Of a stretch of 64,000 bases of DNA, positions 50,386-64,000 are shown one piece after another. The notes below the pieces were generated by a model. It was not told the origin of the DNA. It saw only the letters and a list, made by a program, of their open reading frames with translations, and did no database searches. A program made the position numbers and the translations under genes. How positions within the stretch are numbered: the stretch's first letter is position 1; each line of letters opens with the position of its first letter. Origin of the DNA: Mytilus edulis (lineage: Eukaryota); NCBI RefSeq assembly GCF_963676685.1, contig NC_092352.1:61380001-61444000 (forward strand), written 5' to 3'.

Positions 50386-53300
50386 ATGAAATATCAAGTG
50401 ATCATTTTACTTATTTGTGGAATAAGAAATTCCTATCACAGAAATTCAACAGAAGGTGTGTGTTACAACAACAAAGGGTACGTTTCTATGATGTAAAGCG
50501 ACATCGTATTTCAACACATGTACATGATGTTCCATCTAATGTTTCAATATGTTGTCGAAAAATAACAACACTTTCAAGGGGACATTAAATTTTACATGTG
50601 AAAGGTATTAAAAGAGGGACGAAGATACAAGAGGGACTGTCAAACTCATAAATCGAAAATAAACTGACAACGCCAATAATTTAACCTTACAGTTACTACA
50701 TTATATGAAACATTCTCGAAGCGGTGCACAATCGATTGCACAATAATGATATTAATTGAAAATTTGATGTCACATGGGTATGATGTGTGAGTCCATTTCG
50801 CAATTAGTTGTCCCACAAATACATAAGCACGCAGATCCACAGTTCACGTTTTGTGTAGAACGATATATGCACATAATGAAGTCTTGACATGACGATCCAC
50901 TTAACGTTTTATAAAATATCAGCTTCAATCGTACTTGCTTTGAATAGAATTAGAATGGGAACACTTATTGAACTTATTCTTTTCAATAATAATTTTGACA
51001 CTAGTTTACTATAACATACAGTTTTGGATATTAATGCTATCTGTTTACATTTCAGACTTCATGATTGCTGTTTTAACTTCGAAGCTATCAAGGGTATATG
51101 CAAAGGTAAATTTTGTTAACTATTTTTCATTTTTAATCGACTTGTAACGTTTATATTCACTTATATCATGTTAAAAAGGGGTATTTGCCCCAAATAACGG
51201 TTGAGGGATCAACCAATTTCTAAACACCGTTAAGCGTGAGAAAAAATATGCTTACCTCGAAACCAGTATTTTTGGCAGATACATCTTGCAAGCATGACAT
51301 AATTGTGTTATACCACCGAATGTTCTTTATATACATCTTGACATTCTGGACCTTATATTTTTTATTGTATCAGGTATCTCATGACGTTTCTGCGTGACTT
51401 AAAAAGAAATTGTATTATCTGAATCTAATTGCATTGACCGTAAAAAAAAGGGTTTTTTTTATTTTTTTCTCACAATATCAAATTTTGTTATTCAATTATT
51501 TCCTGATATATAAATACCTAAGTAGCCAGGGTCGCATACTTAGGGAGGACCCCTGTATTTTAACAGCCTCACTTGATCAGGGAAAATATCAAACGAGTTT
51601 AAACTTCCCATAGTTTTACACAGCTATATTTGAATAACCAATACAATTGATTTTACCTGAAAAGCATCACTGACACTGTAATACATAACAATTATCGTAT
51701 ATTCGGTTTACTGACTATCATCACACATGTGATTGGGAAAATAAAAGTTATAATTTCATGTTTTGAAGTACAGTCACAGACCGTGAATCGACTTATTAAT
51801 GCAGTTGAAAATGCGTTCCTGCAGAGCTTTATTTCGGATGTCATTAAAAATACAGGTAGAATGTCTCTCGCTCTAAATACAAAAATGATGTTTAAATTTC
51901 CTAAATGTTTCACTTCTTACATTTGAAAGAGATGCATCATATAAAGAATAGCCATAAATTTTACTACAAATATTTCATGGGATGATTTTTTAATATTGTA
52001 TCCCCCCCCATCTTCAATGGTATTTGACAGCAAATACCCCCGCACATGGAATTACCTTATGACAAATACACCGACAAAGAAACTAAAATCTCAAAAAAAT
52101 AAAACAATTGTGCAAAATACCAATTATCTCATTGAATCAAAATACAAAGTTATAACATCAGGTGCAATTGCATTGTTAATCTCGGACATTGCTGTTGATA
52201 GTAGATTATCAGTTTACAATCGTATCATCACCTCTCCTGCAGTCAGGGGCGTTACTTTTTTAAGTTACTTATATAAGTAATTTTGTTTTAATTTTAATAG
52301 AATCATATACTAAATGTAGTTTGAATGACTTTTTATATCATATTATATCATCAAATAAAGATTTAATTAAATTTGAGAGGAGTATAGAGGTAAAGGGTTA
52401 CATTAAAAATAATGATAAAAACATTACATGAATAGGTTATGTTATACATTTCAAATTTGTAATAAACTTTTTGAAGGAACATATGAAGTTTATTTGGGTT
52501 ACCAGTTATAAATAACTTCAAATCTTAATTAATTCACAAGTGTCTATTTATTTATATCAATCTACTTTCAAGATTGTGGATAATTTAATAGTCCCAACAG
52601 ACCAATATTTGACCCAAAAGAGTCGGTATGAAAGATAAGTGCGTCAGAAAGTTCATTAGTGTTTCAGAAAGCATAAATCTTTCTTTTTTCAAACTGATTT
52701 AAGCGAATATGTGTGTTTAAATTCACTTTAAACGGGACATTGATTTGATATAAATATTACACATCCTTTTGGGTTTTTTTTTTTTTTTTTTTTTTGTATT
52801 CATGTATTCAATTATAGTATTGTTGTTCCTGTTTCCTATATTACAATGCACACCCTTCCGGGATGTTTCAATAAACATTTAATTGTCCATATACCTTTTG
52901 ACTGATTTATTTTTTTAACAATATTAAATATATTGATTCGTCACCCGAAGATAGATGTATATGCAAAAAGAATTATGAATTACTCGATTCCACTCTTAAT
53001 CATACTCGACTGTACTTATTTGTACCTGACTCTTATCGTTGCCATTGAAAATAGTCTGAACTATTACTCGACCAGTCTGAAACAGTCTCAACCCATTCTC
53101 GACTTGCACTTGACCAATACTTGACCAGTTCTTAACCTATATCTTTCAGGCTTATTCATGCTCAACCAAAGGTCTGGGCAATACTTGACCAGTCTGAATC
53201 TTACTTGGCCAAATTATTTCCTTTTAACTGACATGAGAACAGCCACAATAAAATAAAGATATATGAATATATATCATCAGATTTTTAAATCGTACATGAT

Positions 53301-56300
53301 TCTTAGATTTATCAAAAAAAGATTGTTTATTTATATTAATAATAAGCATAAATTTTAATCTTGTAATGAAACAAGATTTTCTTTTACCTGAAACCACATC
53401 TATACCGAGGATAACAACACTTTGTTTATGTGCTTCTTAGTTTCATGCGGATTTCTTTTAACTTAATTTTTCTCAATTCCTGAATAAAAACTACATAGGT
53501 TTCATTCATGGTTAAATACACCAGTTATATATCTATCTTTTTAATGAGGTAACAACAGCCAACAAAATCACTGAAATTGTTTAACCTCATATTAGAATTA
53601 TATCTATTCCTATTATAATTTGGGATAAATCATATAGTTACATGAAATATAATATTTCATGTATAACATGTATAATATTTATCAAACGGGAATACAAAAT
53701 CAAAGAAAGGAATAAACAAGTTCTTCTTATTACTTGTAAAGTAATAAATTATTCTCTCCTGGTCAAAAAATTACAAATTTCAAATATTATCCATTCAAAA
53801 TTATAACATCTAGTAAAACTTTGATCGTAAAGCCTAAAGATAAGTAAAACACGAGTTTAAGAAAAAAAGTGCTTTCTTTTAATCTGTAAAACACGCATGT
53901 ACTGAGATAATTGAACTTGATTAAAGTACTATGAGTATGCCATGTCTAAACTTTTGACAAAACGTTTAATTTAATTGAAATCAATGTTCACTCCAACTTA
54001 TAAAAACATTTCCTTTCTTAAAAGGTTATCAAGGATTGATATCGATTTTTTATTATAATGATTTCATTTAATTTTTGATTTTACAAAATAAATGTGTCAC
54101 TTTATAGATTTATTAAGTTACTTTTTATAATGTTTTATATATATTTTGTAAAAAAACAATGTTCACTGCATTATTAACTAAACTCAACTCACACTAATGC
54201 TATAATAGGCTTAAATGATAGTGTGTGGTAACTATGATATCATTTTGTGAGGAATTTCGATGTTTGCTATACCACTGCTAATTTCAACAGACTTAATAAC
54301 AATACTACTACTTTATTATATCAAATAGAATGAATTTTTGGCATTGTTTTAAGAAATGATTCTACTTTGAAATCATGTATCATTTGTGATACATTAAATG
54401 TATAAAAAGGACGAATTTTCATAATAAATTCAATACTTATGTAGACTTTTAAAGCCCAACTTTTTATCGCTTCAAATATATACGCAAATGAAAAATTTGA
54501 AAACTATACCAATACAGAACGACATGTTTTTGTACTTAGAACAAAATATTTAGTTTACAATTTATTTTTCGTTTTTGCAAAATATCAACTTAAAATATCT
54601 ATCATTTTCTTCCAACCCCTATTACTTATTATGATGTGGACCTCTCATTGTTATTGAATCTTACGCAATTTACTTGGATTACATTATTATTAGTTTACCT
54701 TCAAACTGGTTATGCTTTTCAAACGTGTATATTGTTTAATCAGACCATGCATGAATGTGTAAAGTAACTTAAATGACCTTACAAACGTACACTGTACGAG
54801 CTCATATTACGTTTTATCAATGAATCGAAAAGTATAAAGGTTGAAAGGTAAGACTGACCACTTCTTATATTTTCGCAAATTTTCCCAGATATACATTAGA
54901 TGAATTGTTTTACATAGACTATTGTGGAGATAAAAGACAAAATTTACTAATAAAACGTTTTATTCCATTAAAAAAGTAATTGTTTGTAGAGAAATGCCGA
55001 AATATAGTTTATTTACGGTTACGCAAAATTAAATATTGTTTATCTTTATAAAAAAAATCAGTCCCATTGCAATATTATAATTATTATTAATCCCAAACTT
55101 ATGAGTTCAGAAAATAGTGTCGAAAAGTGTCCGATCATTCTAATATTGGACATCAAAAGTCAATACGATCGTTGTAAGGTCTACCTCACCCAATTTTGTT
55201 AGGCACAATAATGGTGAAAAATTTCCAGTCTTAATCTATAAAATATATCTGAAAAATTAAAAACATTTTGAATAAGGTTGAGAAAATATAAGTCCAGTTC
55301 AGTTAATTTGAGATTATTTGATCGCCTTATTTCATTTTTATTTGAAAGTTGATATGTATGTATGTTTATAACAGGCGAAAATTCAGTTGAAATAGAACAA
55401 AAGAATGGAAGCTCTTTGTTAGAGAAGGCTTACAGTAATGTTTACTATATTAACAAAATTTTTAAAAATTAATAGAAGCAAATTAAATGACAGTTTTTGG
55501 TTAAATCACGAAGTATTTTTTCATAAAAAAACACCATTTGCATACGTTGGCAACTATATATTGCATAACTAAGCAGAACAATTAGATAGTAAGTCGACGA
55601 CATGGGTGTCTATTCAGTCGTTTGTAAAATAAAATGCATAACGTCTGATTTTTAAAATAAAATTACCACAGGCGGAAAACATATTTTCTATTTGTCCCTT
55701 AATTTTCGTTTCTAAACTTCCATTATGTGACTCAAGAAAATATTCCAAAAATGAGAAACAATCGTCGAAAAGAGAAAATCGAGTGCACCTTTATTTGTTA
55801 GAGCGTATTTGGGTCGAATATTTTGTATGATACATCATCTCGCTTCATATTCTATCATTTTTATATGTCAAGGCTTCAGGTTGACTTTATAACATCAAAA
55901 ATTCACAGTACTAAAAAAATGAGACATATGGGTAAAGTGAAATATCTTTCTAATGAATTACAAACACAGAGTAGATGCGTTCGAATAGCAAATTTTTACT
56001 AAAAGTACTTGAGGACAGACTTTCAACAATGTTTAAGTTGTATCTTTAAAATGCATATCTTCGAGAGAAAAAAACTTCATTGTTTGTGTGTGATAATTAT
56101 GGTTTATAGTCTTCAACCGCTGAAAATGTTTAGTCTGCCCCTCCACAAATTATTTTATTTGATTTTTTTAAATGTTTTTGAATTTTCGAAAATTACACCC
56201 GACAACCGACCAGACAATAGTTTTACGTTGACTGAATACAGACAAGTACATTAACTGATGCTCATTAGCTATTTGTATTTCAGCGCGTCATCCCTACAAT

Positions 56301-59300
56301 GGCGTCAAATTTTTAGATTGTAAAAATGAACTGGCGTAATGGGGAGATAACTTTGACGAAGTAGAATTCTGACTGTATAAGTCTTTATGTATGGTGTTGA
56401 AGTTATATTATGACAACGGGTGCCACATGTCAGCAGAATCTGCTTACCCTTCCGGTGCACCTGAGGTCACCCCTAATTTGTTGGGGTTCGTGTTGTTTAT
56501 TCTTTAGTTTTCTATGTTGTGTCATGTGTACTATTGTTTGTCTGTTATTCTTTTTCATTTTTAGCTTTGGCGTTGTCAGTTTATTTTCGATTTATAAGTT
56601 TGACTGTCCCTCTGGTATCTTTCGTCCCTTTTTTTATGTTTATTGTGAAATTTTAGTTTCAATGCTATATTGAATGCATTTTTAATTCAAAATTGTTGTT
56701 CAAATTTCAAACAAGGGGAACTACATGTGTAGCTGTTGTTAAAAAAAGTTTATTATTGATGAAATACAATAGATAGATACAAATGGATAGGTCTCGGTTG
56801 GTTAAGAGTTGGTCCAGTATGGTTCAGACTAGGTCTAGCATAGTACAGTCAAGTACAGATATAGACCATGCTGTTATAAAAAAAAAACTTAAGGATGTTC
56901 GCTGCTCAGTTTCAAAATAAATAACTTTTCATAAAACTAGTATGCATTGATACGGAATGAATTGAGGAATCATAAAAGCAAAAAAAAATATAGGGGTCAA
57001 TGTGATTGTTTTCGAGATATTAGCCATTGTAATTTTGGCGGGACAATGTTCTCTCTTGATTTTTCATAGCTTTATCATTGACCAGTTAAAGTTCTCAAAT
57101 AATATTAAAAAATAAATAAAATTTTATAAAACTTTTACAAATGATTTATAATTATACATGTAAAAGATTAATAAAAAGAAAAATGGGGGTTTCTTCGGGA
57201 TTTTTTTTAAGGCATTCAAATGAATAAAACTAGAGGATTCCGAAAATCTGACAAAAAAACATGACAAGCAGACATCCTTAATGTTACATTTAATCGAACA
57301 TTATAATAATTACAAATAACTGTCGAGTATTTGAAAATATACTCAATTACCATTCCATATTATGATTATCCAATCCTTGTTATATAAAATGATTTTGGAT
57401 TCACTAGTGTTTTGATTTGAATATTGATCTTTTTTCGTATAGATTGCTCTATCGTCGTGATTCTTCCTCTATAAGACCATTTGATTGATAACGCCGTCTC
57501 AGTCTCAACGTTGTGCATTAACATTTACCACTTTTACAGTTTGTTCGGTTTGAAAATAATTGACAATAAATGAATTATCCGTGAATGTTTTATATTATGT
57601 TTTAATGTGAGATAATGTTAAACGAACTGATTAAATACTCTTTTAGAATGTCGAAATGGAACAACATCAAAACCTGGAAGTACATGTCGTCCATGTAAAA
57701 AAAATATGTATGGCAATCTGTGTATTCAGAAATGTAACTGCACTCAGTTTCAGAGGTATCTTTCTTATTTAGAGGCGCAAAGTAAAAGAAATTGTGATCG
57801 CCAATCAAAGATAATATGGTTTACGGAAAACCTTCTGATTTACATTATATTGTCATACTTTGATTCAATTTTTTTTTCAGAGAATGATCTAAATACATAA
57901 AATCACATATGTTAGAACGCTCCATCTTTAAATGTACTTTAGATGCTTTGAACATTTCAGACAGTTTTTGTCAAAAATGAAAGTGGCCACATCCGTGTTC
58001 ATTCTCAACCTTTTTATATGGTATGTATTATCATCAAATACAACTTACATTTAAATATTAAGATTGAACACGAATGCGGTTTCTTCCATTTTAGAAGAAA
58101 ATCGTCAACAATTAAACAAAATGCGAAAATTTTGAAGATTTCGGTAATTTAGCATTACTTTATTATGGTAGTACCCGATACGTGTGTATTTTATTGCTCA
58201 TAGGTATGTAACAGAAGTATTCTTCCTTCCAATTAAAAGCTTAAAGTTTACATTTGATCAATTTTGACAAACTGCTATATCTTAGGGCCTTCTACTTTAC
58301 TATTTATTTGTGGGTGGTTCAAATGTGCAGTTTGTTTAGAAGCTTTAAATAATTGTTTGAATAGTGCAGATCGTCGTGCATGCAGCATATATAAGCATAT
58401 ACTTACGATTTCACACTCTGCCGTCCAGAATTACCTCGATTCCTGTTCTTTTTGTATATTTTTTTAAAACTTGGTGTCATATATAATGAGTCTTTTGATA
58501 ATATGTTTAATATACAAAAAGATATCAAGAAAAAAACAATAAAGGTTTTTTTTAACAAATCATGTACTTTGAAGACAAGCATTTCATCAACATATTCGAC
58601 AAATACAGGTAACAGAACTGAATATAAATTTATTGCGACTATGGTCATTTTTTTAAACTGACGATGAATGACAAATTTGTCTGTCAATCAAATAAGTTTC
58701 CAATCCGTAAATTTGTTTTTACACTTACAAATTCATTTCTCGAAGACTGATAAAATTATGTATCATATGTGTTTGGATTTTTACACAACAAAGAGCGGTC
58801 TGTCTTGAGCCAGGGGCCTGTATTCAAAAGTTATTAGACGTGTTTTCACATTTCTTGTTTATGGATGTTACTAAAATCAGGATGTTTGTTATCCTTGTTT
58901 TATTATCAAAAATGTTGTCATCGATGCTGTTAACTTCTCTGAGGTTTACTATACGGAATGGTTTTGCTAATTGTTGAAGGCTATTCGATGACTTTTAACA
59001 ATTTACAGTGTTTTCCTTTTGGTTTAATTGATATCCATTCCGAATTATTGTTAATATTTTAGATGCACACTGATACAGCGTATTTTAATTTGTAACGCAT
59101 GAAAGACTTTAATTGACAAAACAAAGATTTTGTGATGTTGTATCTTGGTAACAATGTGTTGTTTTTGCAAGATTTCATTCGAGTTTTTGAAAAATTTTCT
59201 GTTTATATTGTTTTAAATTATAAAGCACTAGCATTGCACTTACCTATGTTGTTTTCTTTGTTTTTGCAATATACATGTATTTAATCAACCAGCCGAGGGG

Positions 59301-62300
59301 TGTGTGGTACGTGACATGAAACGCTCTTTCTTCAATCCTGTTAAATGGTGTATAGTTATGTAACAACCTTCATACTTAATCATATGAAATATCATTTGAG
59401 AGACAATCAATCTAAACATCATTTCCGATGCAAACAAAAGTTACCATGCCTTTTTAAACAATTGTACTTTTGGTTTTGAAACCTGAAATTGTCAACTACA
59501 CAAAAGACCAAAAGTAATTAACACCACAGGGAGAATCCTCATTGTCATTGTTATTGTGTTGAAAGGTAATGTTAAAAACTCCAATAAACTATCACTGCAA
59601 GTTCACGACGGTCCCCAATATCGTCTTAAGTGTTATTCCTCAAGTACTGATTGTCAGAGTGAAATCCTTACAAGTACCCAAATAATTCAAACAGCTCTAA
59701 AAATTGAAGAGTTACCTACCTATTTTTTTCACAAAAGTATTCACTTTATCTGCAATATTTTTTTCTTTAATTTATAACACATACATGTAGGACTATTGAC
59801 AAAACCTTTCACAAAATAAGTGTTGAATGCTGGCTGTGATTCAATATCACATTGCAATGTCTGCTTATTTTTCAGAAATTTCGCCAATATGGCTTTGTAC
59901 GTGGAAAAAAAGTCAGTGTCACGTTACATCTACTTTAACCAAACAGTTGCACTCGATTACGTAGGAAATATACAACACAAATGCATAATGTACGTGTATG
60001 ACTTTCTAAAAGAAGGCTTAAATAACTTTAATAAAGCTAATAATGCCAAATCAATAGGCAAAGGTTCAATTCGACTGCTATTGATGGTCTGTTTTGGAGT
60101 TTTCATCATATGTTATTTGTCTTGACTGACACACTGGCTGTTGGAAAGATTTAACAACCAACGAATTCGATTAAGTCCTATAATTAGGTCTTTCCGATGT
60201 GTATGTTTATGTTACATCTAAAGGGCAGACTTAGGCCGTGTTCACAGCAAACGCCGTGTACAGTAAACATGTTTACATTTGGTTTAATGTAATGTACACT
60301 AGTTTCACATTAATTTTGTTCACATCTATACACCTTTTTTAGCTACCTGTACATAAGACTTGTTCACACTTGTAAACTATATGTCATTTAAATGTTCATT
60401 ACGTAGAACCGAATTCAAATTTTCGAACAACTTTTCTAGCAGTTAGGGAACGACCATTTGACTTTAAAAAAAGGGGGGATGGATTTTCCACAATTTGATT
60501 AAAAAAACATCGGGTCATTCAGATGATTAGAATAAACAAATATTTCTGAATCCAAAGTTTTCTCATACATTATAGTGTTAAATATTGAATTGGTATCATC
60601 GAAAAAAAAACTAATTATAATATAAACTTCGCACGAGAAAAAAATCTGACTTAGACCACCCCCCCCCCCCCCCCACCTTTTTTTTTAAGAAAAGTGGTTG
60701 CACCTTTAAGAAAGTCATTTTGGATGATTTGCAGTAGTTTAAAGATGTATCGGTTACCGCATTAAAAACGTCTAGTAGGCTTGCCATCAGCCTGCTTTCA
60801 GACGAAGAAAAATAATTGCAATGTTAAGGATCACTACATTTCTATCTTTTCTGTTTGTTTAATACGGTATTTTTTCTCCAAGGAGTATTTGGCAAGGAGT
60901 ATTTGGCAAGGAGTATAATGGGGTAATAAGTATATACATAGGAAAATTAAAGTTCTGAATGCCTAGGTTTGTGTACACTTAACATACACAAGGCCTACAT
61001 CGACTATCGACTGAATGTAGACAAAGCATGATTTAAACTACATGTGAACATTGAGTTTTATAAATGGGAACGTAATTATGTTTAGTTTATGTGTGAGTTA
61101 CACTAACACAACACCGAGTTTAGGTCAATGTGAACACGGCCTTATAAGACAATAAAAAATCACGGCCATTTATTGAATATGTCTAATTGAAGCAGCGATA
61201 GTCAAATAAAAAATGTAAGCTCAAGTTGATTAAATAATTTAATTATGAACTCACACTGCTAAAGAAATAAATGCTTTACAACACTTATCAATATCTCTGC
61301 AGGACCTACTAAACAAGCAATGTTTCCAAATGAAACAGTCATTGCAAACAAAACGACAACTTTAAACGATACAACAGTTATAACGTATGGTAAGTAAAAT
61401 CATTTGATATTCATTGTTTCTCCTCGACAATCAGATAAATGCAATCAAATATTAATCTTTACTGGTATTAAACTGATAACCGTAACTGGAATTACGTATA
61501 TCCCAATATGGCGACGGCAGAAATAGGTAAAATCTTGACAGTCATTTTTTCTGAAATGTAGCATGTTTTTGTCAATAGTTACTCAGCTGCAAGGTTTTCC
61601 TATACCATTATACCATATTTGAATCGTAACGGTGCACTGGAATTGTCTGAGCGCTTTGAAATTTGCCGTTGAAAGATTCGGGATGATAATTGTAACGTTA
61701 TGGCATTTTTCTTGTTTTAATATCGTAATTTTTTTATCGGATAATAGTAACTGAAAAAATAATAGATGTGGCTTTCATCATTTCAATCGTATTTTGTGTG
61801 TTAAAATGCAAATGCAAATGTCCAGTTAAACGATGACGTTAACGCAAATTAAAAATAAATGAAGAAACTTACAGGTTAATATCTAGGACAATTTACTTAT
61901 ATATCGATTGTTATAACTGACAACACTATGCATAACCTGTTACTATATACATGTACCTGTTAAAGATATTGAAAATGAAGCAGGTGTTGAGTCAGTTATT
62001 GTGGTATCTTACCATCTAAATTTGTATTTTCTATAACGTTATTGTCTATCACTGTAGCCAAAGGAAATCAATTTTACTGTTTGCTTCACATAATATTTTT
62101 ATTAAAGTAACAAAAATTGCTATAGGACAGCAGACACATAAGCGTATTTTAGTTTTCATAAATCTTCATTTTTTATGAGGTGACTTTTTCGAATACAATA
62201 AAACGAAAGCAACTGTTTTTGATAATTTGCTTTCTCAGTCATTTTTCTCTACAAATATGAACTATCACCCGACTACCATCTCTGGAGTTATTTCGTTGAC

Positions 62301-63694
62301 GCATTTGTAATATAAAATTGAGAAAGGAAATGGAGAATGTATCAAAGCGACAACAACCCGACCATCGAGCAGACAACAGCCGAAAGCCACCAATGGGTCT
62401 TCAATGTAGCGAGAAGATTCCGCAATCGGAGGCGTCCTTTAGCTGGGCCCTTAAAAATATGGATACTAGTACAGTGATAATGGACGTCAAACTAAACTCC
62501 GAATTATACACAAGAAACTTAAATTAAAAATCATACAAGACTAAAAAAGACCAGAGGCTCCTGACTTGGGACAGGCGCAAAACTGCGGCGGGGTTAAATA
62601 TGTTTTTGAGATCTCAACCCTCCCCTATACATCTAGCCAATGTAGAAAAGTAAAGGCATAACAATATTTTTTGAGCTTTTTTTATCTCAATAAGTTGATA
62701 AAAGCTGCGTTTGCATACTATAGAATTGAATTGAAGGAAAATTAATAGATTTGCATATGTTTAATAATGTATGTCATCTGTTTTTACTAATTATAGCAGT
62801 TTATTTTTGCTTATTATTGAAGGAACGTCAATATCAGGATGGATAATTGTGATACTATGCATAGCTGGTTGTATCATTCTGACTGGTTTGGGTTATCTGA
62901 TTAGAACATACAGACAACGACTATCTGTTAAATCAAGAATCATAAATGAAGGCGCGATATTAGAACCTTTAGGACCCGCTCCATATATTGGCGTCTATGA
63001 TGAGATCGACGAAAATCCATTAACCTTTGACACGACAGCTTCAAACGTAACACCACAAGAACCGCATTACGAAACTGTTGATTGTGTTTCTCAGGAGAGA
63101 CTTTCTATTACAACAAGTTGTGAACATGACGACACAGGATATCTTGATCCGTATTTCGTAATAGAAGATGAAAGTGATAAATTACAAGATAGAATATCAC
63201 AGACAGATTGTAGTTCAACTAATTCGTCCAACTCAGACGTCGTGAATCAAGATATTATAGCATATAAAAATATATATCAACCACTTCAGGAAAACTGGCA
63301 AGACAAATCACATGGTTATGAAATCCCAATGATGGTTCATGAGGGTTTCGAATGTTCTGCAGGGTTTGATGAAAATACTACCAGTAATTCATACTATAAT
63401 GTGTATAAACCGCTGCAGAAAGAAATGGATATAACGAATCCCACGTATGAGAACCAGAAGTCTCCAGAAACAAAAGCAGGAAATGATAAGAGTTTTTTGG
63501 GGGATGCTTGTTCATCTAAAATCACAACAGGCAATTTACATGATTACATAAATATGCATGCTGAATCTAAAATATCAATTAACAATTGTGATGAAATGGA
63601 ATCTTGTAAGCAGTTTGATGAAGACAATGTGCAGAAAATTAATCAACAATCGTTCAGTGTGGTGACTTTTAAAGTGGAATCAACAAACTTGTAA
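50386..63694 (+). CDS. Receptor gene 3: spliced EMI/EGF-like type I membrane protein (exon 4 not found)
   Basis: Exons 50386-50477 (MKYQVIILLICGIRNSYHRNSTEGVCYNNK), 51056-51105 (LHDCCFNFEAIKGICK), 57647-57755 (CRNGTTSKPGSTCRPCKKNMYGNLCIQKCNCTQFQ), 61303-61389 (PTKQAMFPNETVIANKTTTLNDTTVITY), 62823-63694. A phase-2/phase-1 exon is required between 57755 and 61303, and I could not locate one. Confidence 0.7.
56412..56633 (+). mobile_element. Penelope-like 3' UTR fragment
   Basis: Reverse complement of 23514-23735, ending ggtatctttcgtcccttttttt. Confidence 0.8.
56893..57277. mobile_element. TTAA-flanked MITE
   Basis: ttaa|ggatgttcgct ... agcagacatcc|ttaa. Confidence 0.6.
60234..61141. mobile_element. 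PIF/Harbinger-type MITE with a nested smaller element (about 60445-60705)
   Basis: TIR ggccgtgttcaca / tgtgaacacggcc with a TTA target duplication on both sides. The nested element has agggaacgaccattt..G-run / C-run..aagtggttgcacct ends. Confidence 0.8.
62310..62665. repeat. Interspersed repeat sharing the ctcctgacttgggacaggc...ggggttaaa core
   Basis: The core matches 39708-39790. Confidence 0.55.
62823..63694 (+). CDS. Terminal TM plus Tyr-motif tail exon of gene 3
   Basis: ORF 62771-63694 with acceptor tgaag| at 62822. TM WIIVILCIAGCIILTGLGYLI; motifs YDEI, YETV, YLDP, YQPL, YEIP, YKPL, NPTYEN, YINM. Confidence 0.88.
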
Positions 63695-64000
63695 TTAAAC
63701 AATATATGTTGTTCTCTGCATGAAGATTAAAACATTTATACTGCACTTGTTCTATTTCAGCAGTCAAAATGCGTTGACTGTATATTTCTATGTCATATAT
63801 AGTCATATATAGTCACTGACCCGATATCACTTTTCCTCATTAATATTAAAAAGAAGTTGCCGAAACTATATATTTAATTATTCATACGACTTCGTCAACC
63901 TGTTTCCAATGTATACAATGAAGCGTTCTTTTACAATTTTTGGAGAAAAAAAAACATGTTTCGCTTGTTAATATTTTTTGTTTAAAACCTATAAATCGTT

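Noticed and set aside
52990-56870. Weak inverted similarity between 53000-53215 and 56790-56860 (gaccagtctgaa-like subrepeats)
   Set aside because: Too degenerate to define termini or a TSD by eye.
59061-59340. Candidates for gene 3 exon 4 (ag|atgcacac at 59063; tgtgatgttgta at 59131; PAEGCVV at about 59290)
   Set aside because: Each fails on a stop codon, phase, splice site or the C-x4-GC pattern.

Overview
AT-rich, intron-containing animal DNA, most likely from a bivalve mollusc. The repeat families resemble Mytilus, but this is recognition from memory and was not searched. Nearly all short ORFs in the six-frame track are noise. The main content is a + strand tandem cluster of small multi-exon single-pass receptor genes, reconstructed by hand from GT-AG junctions and exon phases. 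Each encodes a signal peptide, a 12-Cys ectodomain (CCxN[YF] EMI/Nimrod-like part plus one MEGF10/CED-1-type EGF-like repeat), a Thr-rich stalk, a TM helix and a long acidic tail rich in Tyr motifs. Gene 1 (2280-14213) has one ectodomain but two stalk+TM+tail cassettes. Gene 2 (29886-41268) has a stop-truncated tail. Gene 3 (50386-63694) appears to lack exon 4. An orphan exon 2 at 23100 marks a fourth, decayed copy. Between and within the genes are a Penelope-like RT fragment nested in a hammerhead-ribozyme repeat, several more hammerhead (retrozyme-like) repeats, a Helentron/HINE-like element with an internal satellite, and many MITEs.
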